Part shown: piece after piece, positions 39,916-48,455 of the stretch
How the letters are laid out: each line of letters opens with the position of its first letter
Numbering within the stretch: the first letter of the stretch is position 1
From: a virus
Direction: 5' to 3' (one strand)
IMG/VR virus record: IMGVR_UViG_3300025695_001209
Span: 8,762-72,761 of that record
DNA: 64,000 nucleotides
Notes under the pieces: generated by a model
What the model saw: only the letters and a program-made list of their open reading frames with translations
Database searches by the model: none
Told to the model about the DNA's origin: nothing
Position numbers and translations under genes: made by a program

Positions 39916-41670
39916 ATGAAAGAAAATAATTTGGTTTCAAACGTCCCTGAAATAAGGGCCACCCGTATTTTAGAAGAGTACGAGGGGTATAACAATTATA
40001 TACTTTTGTTAAAGAAAAAAATGCAAATTAAAAAACATTTTAAAATAACAAGGGCACAATCAGACTATGTAATCGACTTTCACGAGTTACAACCAAAAAT
40101 CGCAAGAAAATGGGTTGAGTTAGATGAGTACTTCGGAAATAAAATGAAAGAGGAAAAATTACTTCCCAAAAGACCCACTCAAATTTATGTTGAAAAAATA
40201 TTAGTCGAAAAAGATAAATCGTTCCACATATATGGGAAACTTTTTGAATCTGAAGACCTACATGATTTTTGGTTACCAAAAGCAGCAGTTATACAAAATA
40301 AAGAAAGGAAAGTCGAAATAGACTACACCAAATACTCACATAGACCACCTTTAGAACATCAAAAGCTGGCTGTTGAAAAATTAGTCGGTAACGATAAATA
40401 TATTTTGGCGGATGATATGGGTCTTGGTAAAACAACCGCAACCGTAATGGCTGCGTTGGAAACAGGTGCAAAAAAGATATTAATTATATGTCCAGCATCA
40501 TTAAAAATCAATTGGCAACGAGAGATTGAAAATTATACAGATAAGTCAATATCAATAGTTGAGGGTAAGAAATGGGAACCTGCTGACTTTATGATTATAA
40601 ATTTCGATATACTAAAAAACTTCCATAACCTTAAAAAGGTAAAGGAATCGATAATACTGAACTACGGTTTTGATGTCGTGATAGTTGATGAGGCACATTA
40701 TATACAAAACAAACAAGCCCAAAGAACAAAAATAGCCAACGATATTTGTAATAAGGTCGGTAAAGTATGGTTACTAACAGGTACACCAATGACATCAAGA
40801 CCAATTAACTACTTTAACTTATTAGATTTAGTTGACTCACCTGTGGCATATAATTGGATGGCCTACGCGATTCGTTATTGTGAGGGGTATCAATTTAATG
40901 TAGGAAATAGAAAAGTTTGGAATGTTAACGGTTCTTCTAATTTGATAGAATTAAGAGATAGAACAAAACCACACGTACTTAGACGATTAAAAGAAGATAT
41001 ATTGGACTTACCTGATAAAATATTAACACCCGTTTATTTACGACTAAAATCAAAACAATATGAAGCACTTATGGGTGAGTACTTTGATTGGTATGAAAAT
41101 TCAGAGGAATCTTCCTCATTAACCGTGCAGTTCTCAAAACTAATGAAAGTCAGACAAATCATAGCAGAAGAAAAGGTTAGAGACACCATCGAGATTGCAC
41201 AAAACATCATAGAACAAGGAAAAAAAGTTATTATTTTTACAAACTTTACAGATACATTAAATCAAATAAAATCTCATTTTGGTAAAGACGCTGTGACATT
41301 AGACGGTAAAATGTCTAAACCCGCACGACAACACTCAGTTGATGAATTTCAAACAAACGATAAGGTTAAGGTTTTCGTTGGAAATCTGAAAGCTGCTGGT
41401 GTCGGGATTACATTGACATCTGCCGAAGCAGTAATAATGAATGATTTATCATTTGTACCCTCAGACCATTCACAGGCTGAGGACAGAGCTTATAGATACG
41501 GTCAAAAGTCTAACGTATCTGTCTTTTATCCGATATTTGAAAACTCTATCGAGGGTGCAATATACGACATATTATCAAAAAAGAAAAACGTTTTTGAAAC
41601 TGTTATGGGGGATAATGAAGATAAGGGGAGTATTGTTGAAGAAATATTAAATACTATCACAAGAAGATAG
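39916..41670 (+). CDS. SNF2-family helicase/translocase
   Basis: LADDMGLGKT, CPASLKINW, DEAH, LTGTP, LRRLK, QAEDRAYRYGQ. Confidence 0.95.
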   Translation: MKENNLVSNVPEIRATRILEEYEGYNNYILLLKKKMQIKKHFKITRAQSDYVIDFHELQPKIARKWVELDEYFGNKMKEEKLLPKRPTQIYVEKILVEKDKSFHIYGKLFESEDLHDFWLPKAAVIQNKERKVEIDYTKYSHRPPLEHQKLAVEKLVGNDKYILADDMGLGKTTATVMAALETGAKKILIICPASLKINWQREIENYTDKSISIVEGKKWEPADFMIINFDILKNFHNLKKVKESIILNYGFDVVIVDEAHYIQNKQAQRTKIANDICNKVGKVWLLTGTPMTSRPINYFNLLDLVDSPVAYNWMAYAIRYCEGYQFNVGNRKVWNVNGSSNLIELRDRTKPHVLRRLKEDILDLPDKILTPVYLRLKSKQYEALMGEYFDWYENSEESSSLTVQFSKLMKVRQIIAEEKVRDTIEIAQNIIEQGKKVIIFTNFTDTLNQIKSHFGKDAVTLDGKMSKPARQHSVDEFQTNDKVKVFVGNLKAAGVGITLTSAEAVIMNDLSFVPSDHSQAEDRAYRYGQKSNVSVFYPIFENSIEGAIYDILSKKKNVFETVMGDNEDKGSIVEEILNTITRR

Positions 41671-41715
41671 TACATTTTTCTCATATGGTGTTATTTATAT
41701 AAAAAACACATAATT

Positions 41716-43251
41716 ATGAAGTTTAAAAAAAGCCAAGAACGAATTCAAGATATTGAAAAAACAATTAATGAATCAGAAAACAATCAAAAAATAAATGAAA
41801 ATGTTAAAGGAGTAAAAAGAATAACGGCAATTAAGTTACCTTATTCATACTCATCTTTAAGTCGTTTCATCGATAAAGAAACGATGAATGTTCATTACAA
41901 TCAACACTATAAAGGGTATCTTAAAAAACTCAACAAGGCGTTAGAGTCGGTTAAGGACGAAGACTTAGAATTGGAACAGATTGTAAAGGGAATATCTCGT
42001 TACAATCAAACCATCAAAAATAACGCTGGTGGGGCATATAACCACGAGTTATTTTGGCAAATGATGTCACCAAAACCACAACAACCAAATGGTCCAGTAC
42101 TTGACAAAATTAAGCGTAAATTCAAAACTTTCGCCAATTTCAAAAAAGAATTTAAGAACAAATCATTATCTAAGTTTGGTTCAGGTTGGGTATGGTTGGT
42201 TCTAACAAAGAGTGGTGATGTTAAAATTATTACGACAACCAATCAAGATAACCCGTTAATGAATACTGTAAAATTCGGTGGAATACCTTTATTAGGGTTA
42301 GACCTTTGGGAACACGCATATTATCTAAAATATAAAAATAGAAGAAATGAATATGTTGATAATTTCTTTAAGGTGATTAATTGGTCGTTCGTAAACAAAC
42401 AATTCGACACACATCAAAAAGGTAAGCTTAACGAGTCGAAAGTTGTGAAAGCACTTATTAGTGAAGGACTCTCTAAAGGATGTTCACCACAACAAGTGAA
42501 TACATATCGAATGGTTTTCAATAGAAACCCACAAGTCAAAAAGAAGTTTATGTATGCAATTATGGATATACTAAAAGAAGTTTATTCAGAATTTCATTAC
42601 GAAAAAAATCAATACGCAGATGGTCAAATGTCAGGGATTTATGATTTCGAACAACCAGGTCGTTCAGTCATAAATAAGTTGAACACAAACTACTCGGCCT
42701 TCTGTATTTTAGTGAATGACCTCAACGCAGTGTTAAAACATTATGGGCAGGACCCATTAAACTTTGTGGGTGTTAGTGACAAACAACAACTACGTGAAGT
42801 GCAAAGAATGATTAAATTGATGGTTCAGTTTAGATATAGGATTTTTAATCAAGAATCAGGGACATTCCAAAGTATCATGGCATCTTTAGATAAGACCAAT
42901 AAGTTTGGTGATGAAAGAGAAATAAAGGCCGTCATTAATATGAAAAATATTTTTAATACTAAAAAAGTATTTAAAGTTGGTGAATTAGGTGGTAAAGATG
43001 ATATGATTGGTGGTATCGATGCGACTGTTGAAATAGACGGACAAACAAAAACCATACAGGTTAAACCATTTAATAATACCGAAGAAAATGAAGATAGGAC
43101 TACGGTATTTGGTACGGGTAATGTTAAACCATATAAAACCGATTACATGTGTTTTCATAGTGATACAAAAGGAACTTTAGTGTTTAAAAATGACGACACT
43201 AAAATTGTTAATGGTAGGTATACTTTCCCTTCTGATAGTTTAGTGAATTAA
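41716..43251 (+). CDS. Fe/Mn superoxide dismutase fused to a C-terminal PD-(D/E)XK-like domain
   Basis: LPYSY, HYNQHY, GGAYNHELFW, FGSGWVWL, NQDNP, DLWEHAYY (all four metal ligands), plus about 280 extra aa with E...GID...IQVK. Confidence 0.88.
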   Translation: MKFKKSQERIQDIEKTINESENNQKINENVKGVKRITAIKLPYSYSSLSRFIDKETMNVHYNQHYKGYLKKLNKALESVKDEDLELEQIVKGISRYNQTIKNNAGGAYNHELFWQMMSPKPQQPNGPVLDKIKRKFKTFANFKKEFKNKSLSKFGSGWVWLVLTKSGDVKIITTTNQDNPLMNTVKFGGIPLLGLDLWEHAYYLKYKNRRNEYVDNFFKVINWSFVNKQFDTHQKGKLNESKVVKALISEGLSKGCSPQQVNTYRMVFNRNPQVKKKFMYAIMDILKEVYSEFHYEKNQYADGQMSGIYDFEQPGRSVINKLNTNYSAFCILVNDLNAVLKHYGQDPLNFVGVSDKQQLREVQRMIKLMVQFRYRIFNQESGTFQSIMASLDKTNKFGDEREIKAVINMKNIFNTKKVFKVGELGGKDDMIGGIDATVEIDGQTKTIQVKPFNNTEENEDRTTVFGTGNVKPYKTDYMCFHSDTKGTLVFKNDDTKIVNGRYTFPSDSLVN

Positions 43252-43294
43252 AAATAAACGCATAAAACCAGATATTTATATATAAAACGTCAAT

Positions 43295-44407
43295 ATGTCA
43301 ATTATTTTAGAACCACAAAGAACCAAATTATACACGAGAATTCGTCACTTACTTGGTGCACCGATTAGGGGTATTGAGTTAGAAGATGAAATGATGGACT
43401 CATTATTAGAATTATCTATCGAGGATTATTCTCAATACGTTAATGATTGGTTAATTGAATCTCAATGGACATCTTTATATGGTCTTAATCAAGATACACA
43501 ATCAGTTGCTAAGGCACTTATAACCCGTTCTTTAGACTGGGAAACTCAATACACATACGCATATTCTAAGATTGTGGGATTACAATCGGGTGGAGACTCT
43601 GAACTTAAAAAAGATTATTTTGACCTGAAAGCTAATCAACAAATATACGAAATACCTGCAGGTAGAGAAATCAATGAACTTCTTTGGTTTACACGTGCTG
43701 AGCTTGACGCAGCTTTTTTCGACCCATTTATGGGTGGATTTGGTGGATTTGGTGGTATCGGTTTAGGTGGTGGTGCTGGTTTCTCACAAATGGGTGGACA
43801 GGGTAATTATTTTGTATCACCAGGTTTTGACATCTTACTTAGAATGCAAGATATTAACATTAAAAGAAGGATAATTGGTGGTGAACTTACTTACAGAATA
43901 ACCGCACTTCCTGAAGGTAAAAAAGCAATACACCTATATAACGTACCAGGTGGTAAGTTTGATTTTGGTAATATGGCAAACAACAACTACAGAGTATGGT
44001 ATTGGTATTATGAAACCGAAGATAGAGAGAGTTGTTTAGATAAGCACCCTGATATCGTTCGTTTACCGTCTGATGTGAATTTAGAAAACTTAAGATGGGG
44101 TGAACTTAATTCACCTGCACAAACATGGGTTCGTAGATGGTTCACCGCATATGTTAAAGAGACCTTAGGTCGAGTTCGTGGTAAATTTAGTGGTAATTTA
44201 AAAACACCAGATTCTGAGTTACAGTTAGAATATGACTCATTATTAAGTGAATCTAAAGATGAAAAATCAAAATTAGAGGAAGAGTTAAAAATGAGATTAG
44301 AAAGACTTCGTCCTGATAAAATGATGGAAGTTAAGGCTAATCAAGCAGAAAGTCTAAACAAATCTTTACAATATAGAGCACTTCCACGTCAGATTTATGT
44401 GATTTAA
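43295..44407 (+). CDS. Neck / head-tail adaptor protein (gp13-like)
   Basis: LGAP..IEL, WVRRWFTAYVKETLGRVRGKF. Contains a Gly-rich insertion. Confidence 0.8.
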   Translation: MSIILEPQRTKLYTRIRHLLGAPIRGIELEDEMMDSLLELSIEDYSQYVNDWLIESQWTSLYGLNQDTQSVAKALITRSLDWETQYTYAYSKIVGLQSGGDSELKKDYFDLKANQQIYEIPAGREINELLWFTRAELDAAFFDPFMGGFGGFGGIGLGGGAGFSQMGGQGNYFVSPGFDILLRMQDINIKRRIIGGELTYRITALPEGKKAIHLYNVPGGKFDFGNMANNNYRVWYWYYETEDRESCLDKHPDIVRLPSDVNLENLRWGELNSPAQTWVRRWFTAYVKETLGRVRGKFSGNLKTPDSELQLEYDSLLSESKDEKSKLEEELKMRLERLRPDKMMEVKANQAESLNKSLQYRALPRQIYVI

Positions 44408-44408
44408 A

Positions 44409-44741
44409 ATGGGAATATTTAAAAGTTATCCCGTCACTAAAATTGTTGGTGGTTTAGAAGTTAAAACCTCAGATTCAATTATATTAACTGATGAGTCTTA
44501 CACTACTAATGGTGAGTCAGCAATTGTAGTTAAAAAAGTTGATAAATGTGTCATCACATTAGATGAAAAAACAACAGACCACATTACGATTAAATCAATG
44601 ACTAATGTTACTATCAAAAGTGAATCGCTTATTGATGATGAGTATAATCAAATTGAAACCGAAAGAGGTGCATCTGTCGAACTTAAATTTATTGGTAGAA
44701 CATGGTACGTTATGTCGTCCGATGGTTTAAAAAACTCTTAA
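44409..44741 (+). CDS. Hypothetical beta-rich virion protein
   Basis: 110 aa, coupled to the neck gene, ends in SVELKFIGRTWYV. Confidence 0.6.
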   Translation: MGIFKSYPVTKIVGGLEVKTSDSIILTDESYTTNGESAIVVKKVDKCVITLDEKTTDHITIKSMTNVTIKSESLIDDEYNQIETERGASVELKFIGRTWYVMSSDGLKNS

Positions 44742-47581
44742 CCAAATAATGATTTTTGGTTAGTTTCTATTTTTTTTCTAACTATTTTTTTCTTTTCTGC
44801 AATGTAAGGTTTTTCCTCGTCTCTAACATTATCCACTTCAAGACCTAACATAATGTCACCATTTTTCTTTACATAGTCAGTATCTACCTTGTCGATTGTA
44901 CCGTCAACATACATGTAATATGGGTCAATACCTACCTTTTTCCAAAACTCGACTTCGGTATCGGATAAAGTTAATACCTCCTCTAACATATCTTGGTCAC
45001 CTTCTCTACGAGGGAAACCACGAACTAACTCAGATTGTGTCTTAGTGAAAACTGGTTGGTCAGCGGGGTCCTCAATTAAAATATCAGGACGGATTTCGGG
45101 TGAAAATACAACTAATAAGGGTTCAATTCTTTTATTAAACGCCGCTAAATAACGAGGTACATTATACTCACCTAACATGTCAGGACTCTCAGTTAAGTAT
45201 TCCTCGTTTATGTGGTAACAATTTAACACCACCTCATCTTTTTTCTTTTGAACATCACCGTGTGATTTTCTCTCACCATTATTCACATAGTAGATAGTGT
45301 CACCCAACCCAATAGGTAAATTATGTTTTATTGCCAATTCCATATGTGCTTGACGAGACATAAATGAACCCGATTTAGTTCTTTTAGTTATATGTTTTTT
45401 ATAATCTTCGATACTTTGTTTAACACGGGCTTTGTTGGCAATTTTCGCTATTGGTATTTTTTTGTTAAAAATAATATCTACATACTCGTAGTAATAGTCT
45501 AAGAATTCATGACCTTTTCCATCTAATAACATACGAAGACTTTTATCTAAGAAATCTGCAACATATGTGGGTAATTTTTTAGATTTAATAGTATTACCCG
45601 TTAGTTTTACTTTTCCTTTATCTGTTAATAGTGCGTAGTTCTTACGTGCAACATTTATAGTTGCCGGCCATTGTCCATCTGTGTCTAACCCCATTTCATT
45701 CCTCATGAAGATATCGTTATATTCCGCAACATCTGCCTCTGAACCATAATACGTTTTACCTTTTTCAACTAATCCATTTAACCCAAGACCCACATAACTA
45801 TGTTGGTCCTTACCTTCAGGTACTGAAAAGTTAACACCATCCGTATCCATAACTAATGGTTTGTAATCTCTTTCCATAAACCACATAATCATTTGTCTTA
45901 AGTATTGTCGACCAGTACATGTTATTTGTTCACCCATATCCATATCTCCCCATGGGAATACGTGAGGTGCTGACAATGAACCAAAGAAGGCGTTAATAAA
46001 AATCTTAATTGGTAATTGTTTACGATTATACTGTGAGGAAAGTTTAGGGTCTGTCTTTGAATAGTCAGCAGCCAATTTCTTATATTTAATACGTGTATCA
46101 CGGAAATACTTCAACATACTCTTCATTGCCCCTGTTACATCACATTTAGGGAAGACATCATGAACTAACTGAATAGAAGGGTATAGTGAAGAGTAATCAA
46201 GTTTCAATACGTCTGTTGAGTACCCAACAGCCAATAATCTCGATAACCCACCTGTAAATGGTCGTTTCTCACCTTTCTTAGGGATTGCTAAACCATGCTT
46301 ATACGACCATGACGCCATAATCATCTTCCATAAAGTTGCGGTACCCATAGTTGAAAGTCTCTCATACGTTGTTGGTACTAACTTAGCCAAAAGAAAGTTA
46401 GCTTGATTAAATTCCTCATCAACAACCATGGTCTCCCATATATCATCATAAAGATACCTTTCCACAATGTACTTACCGTTTACCTTTTCATAATGTCCAG
46501 GAAATCTCTCCATAAGATTTTCAGTTCCCTTTGAACCAACCTCTTTAAACCCACCTGTTTTTGGGTTGAAGTAATAGTCTTTATTGTCAAAATAAGTTTT
46601 ACCAATCTTATCACCCTGAACATAAACACGATTTTCCTTTTCTGCACCAATAAATTGTGTGATATACTTCAGTCCCCAACTTTTGATATCGGAATTAATC
46701 GCTTGTGCCCTACGTACTGCATGTGCAATATCGACAACATTATATCCCCACATCTGCATCTGAACAAAATCCTCCATTTCATTTGCAAGTTTAAGGATAC
46801 TATCTTTTTGTCTAAACTTCACTTCAGGGTTTAGGGTCCTGATTATCTTTTTAGGGTCTAACCCTAATATCTCAGCCCTACGGATTAAAAATGGAAAATC
46901 AAAAAATGCTGAGTTATATCCACCAATCAACGTTGGTTTTAACTGGTTAACTATTTTAAAGAACTCGATAATAAGTTGTCTCTCTTCTTCATCGTTGTTT
47001 GCTGCAATAACCTTTTCAAAACCTTTATTGTCTTTCATACCAATAAGGAAGATACTACTTTCTTCGGGTGATAAACCAGTCGTTTCAATATCGAATACGA
47101 ATCTATGTACTTCGTCATACTCGTCAAAACCTTTAAACAGTCTCTTTCCCTTTTGACATAGATATTGTTCAACAGGTGACATTATCATTATATGTTCTGA
47201 ATTACCTCTTTCCCATGGGTCTAACCCACCTCCCTTAAAAAAGTTAACTAGGTTTGAGTAAGACTTTGTAGTCTTAACCATATACTTTAAACCTTGTTCC
47301 ATTCTCTCATCACCATGGGTATCTAATTTCTCAATTAGTATTCCGTGTGTTGACATTGCTTGTTTTTGGGCAGCTTTAGACCCACCGTAAAACTTTTTAC
47401 CGTGAAGGTCACCAACCCATGCAAATGGAATAAATGTGTCTTGTTTGATTTGTTTGCCCTGAATTGGGTCTTGAATTACCTTAAATACTTTTCCTGAACG
47501 ATAGTCGTATTCTAACGCTACAATATACTTTTCAGGGTCCTCTCCTAATAGGAATTGTTCAATTACTTCTTGTGATACCAT
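44738..47581 (-). CDS. polB: Family B DNA polymerase
   Basis: Exo motifs FDIETT, GYNSAFFD, YLYDD. Polymerase motifs DYSSLYPS, KIFINAFFG, DTDG, KNYA. Confidence 0.95.
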   Translation of the reverse strand: MVSQEVIEQFLLGEDPEKYIVALEYDYRSGKVFKVIQDPIQGKQIKQDTFIPFAWVGDLHGKKFYGGSKAAQKQAMSTHGILIEKLDTHGDERMEQGLKYMVKTTKSYSNLVNFFKGGGLDPWERGNSEHIMIMSPVEQYLCQKGKRLFKGFDEYDEVHRFVFDIETTGLSPEESSIFLIGMKDNKGFEKVIAANNDEEERQLIIEFFKIVNQLKPTLIGGYNSAFFDFPFLIRRAEILGLDPKKIIRTLNPEVKFRQKDSILKLANEMEDFVQMQMWGYNVVDIAHAVRRAQAINSDIKSWGLKYITQFIGAEKENRVYVQGDKIGKTYFDNKDYYFNPKTGGFKEVGSKGTENLMERFPGHYEKVNGKYIVERYLYDDIWETMVVDEEFNQANFLLAKLVPTTYERLSTMGTATLWKMIMASWSYKHGLAIPKKGEKRPFTGGLSRLLAVGYSTDVLKLDYSSLYPSIQLVHDVFPKCDVTGAMKSMLKYFRDTRIKYKKLAADYSKTDPKLSSQYNRKQLPIKIFINAFFGSLSAPHVFPWGDMDMGEQITCTGRQYLRQMIMWFMERDYKPLVMDTDGVNFSVPEGKDQHSYVGLGLNGLVEKGKTYYGSEADVAEYNDIFMRNEMGLDTDGQWPATINVARKNYALLTDKGKVKLTGNTIKSKKLPTYVADFLDKSLRMLLDGKGHEFLDYYYEYVDIIFNKKIPIAKIANKARVKQSIEDYKKHITKRTKSGSFMSRQAHMELAIKHNLPIGLGDTIYYVNNGERKSHGDVQKKKDEVVLNCYHINEEYLTESPDMLGEYNVPRYLAAFNKRIEPLLVVFSPEIRPDILIEDPADQPVFTKTQSELVRGFPRREGDQDMLEEVLTLSDTEVEFWKKVGIDPYYMYVDGTIDKVDTDYVKKNGDIMLGLEVDNVRDEEKPYIAEKKKIVRKKIETNQKSLFG

Positions 47582-47611
47582 AATATTTTTTGTTCGTTTG
47601 AGACATTATAC

Positions 47612-47630
47612 TCACATCGTGTTGATGTGA
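47612..47630 (-). promoter_or_regulatory. Inverted repeat in polB leader
   Basis: TCACATC-N5-GATGTGA between the predicted promoter and the ATG. Confidence 0.5.
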
Positions 47631-47653
47631 TTACTCTTAACATTTAATTACAG

Positions 47654-47684
47654 TAAAGGTAATAATTAATATTGGATTATCAAA
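47654..47684 (-). promoter_or_regulatory. Bacteroidota-type promoter for polB
   Basis: Minus strand TTTG-N19-TACCTTTA (one mismatch to TAnnTTTG), same spacing as the ssb promoter. Confidence 0.6.
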
Positions 47685-48033
47685 TGATATTGATATAAAG
47701 GTTTTCTCTTATTGGTGCAATTAGTTCGCCCATTGAGTTAATGATTGAAAACTCACCGAGATAACGACCTTTTCGTTTTGTGTCCCTTAATGACCACTTA
47801 TAATAAATGTAGTAAGTCATTGGAGCGTCGGGATTGTCTTGTGTTTTTTCAGTGATGAAAGCATTATTCATTACGATTTTAGGAACACCTGTTGACTCTT
47901 CCTTCATTGAAAAACGAATGGTTGCATTGTCTAAATCTGCATCGAATACCTTCCATGAGTCTGTTCGACCATCACGTACCACCTCCATTTTTAAGATTGG
48001 GAGTTCACTATTCTGTTTTATAAAAAATTCCAT
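47680..48033 (-). CDS. BppU-like Ig-fold virion protein, paralog 2
   Basis: MEFFIKQNSELP...ATIRFSM...YKW...DT...GRYLGEFSI. Confidence 0.65.
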   Translation of the reverse strand: MEFFIKQNSELPILKMEVVRDGRTDSWKVFDADLDNATIRFSMKEESTGVPKIVMNNAFITEKTQDNPDAPMTYYIYYKWSLRDTKRKGRYLGEFSIINSMGELIAPIRENLYINII

Positions 48034-48062
48034 ATATGATATAAATACCCTTAAAAACTTAT

Positions 48063-48440
48063 TTATTTGTTTCTACGACAACACATTTCAGTATCGGCAA
48101 AAGAATCCGAAACTGTGATATTAAGGTTACTTTCAATAGGTACCTCATATGTTCCACGTTCGTTTGTTATAGTGAAGAACCCACGGTATCTACCACTTTT
48201 ATTCGTATTTTTTTTTGAAAACTGATAAGACAGAGCATATCCACTACCGTCATCCATTAATTTTATAGTTGCCGGTGAGTTGGCTATTTTCATCACATTA
48301 TTCTTAATGTCCACCATTGAAAATGTTATTGTAGATGCAGAGATGTTTTTGTCGAGCTGGTTATAACCGTTTCTTGATTCATTTAAAACCTCAACTTGTA
48401 ATTTAGGTAGAGTACTATTTTTCTTTATGTAAAATTCCAC
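48063..48440 (-). CDS. BppU-like Ig-fold virion protein, paralog 1
   Basis: MEFYIKKNSTLP...STITFSM...YQF...NT...GRYRGFFTI. GTG start. Confidence 0.65.
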   Translation of the reverse strand: MEFYIKKNSTLPKLQVEVLNESRNGYNQLDKNISASTITFSMVDIKNNVMKIANSPATIKLMDDGSGYALSYQFSKKNTNKSGRYRGFFTITNERGTYEVPIESNLNITVSDSFADTEMCCRRNK

Positions 48441-48455
48441 AATTATTTAATTTTT

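Noticed and set aside
39867-39995. N-terminal extension of the gp14-like ORF
   Set aside because: It overlaps the divergent SNF2 gene. The ATG at 39866 follows the promoter motif. Starts were similarly shortened at 52991, 55501 and 61359.
9945-47581. Introns or inteins in nrdA, helicase, recA or polB
   Set aside because: The ORFs are continuous and of normal length, with no intein splice motifs or homing endonuclease seen.
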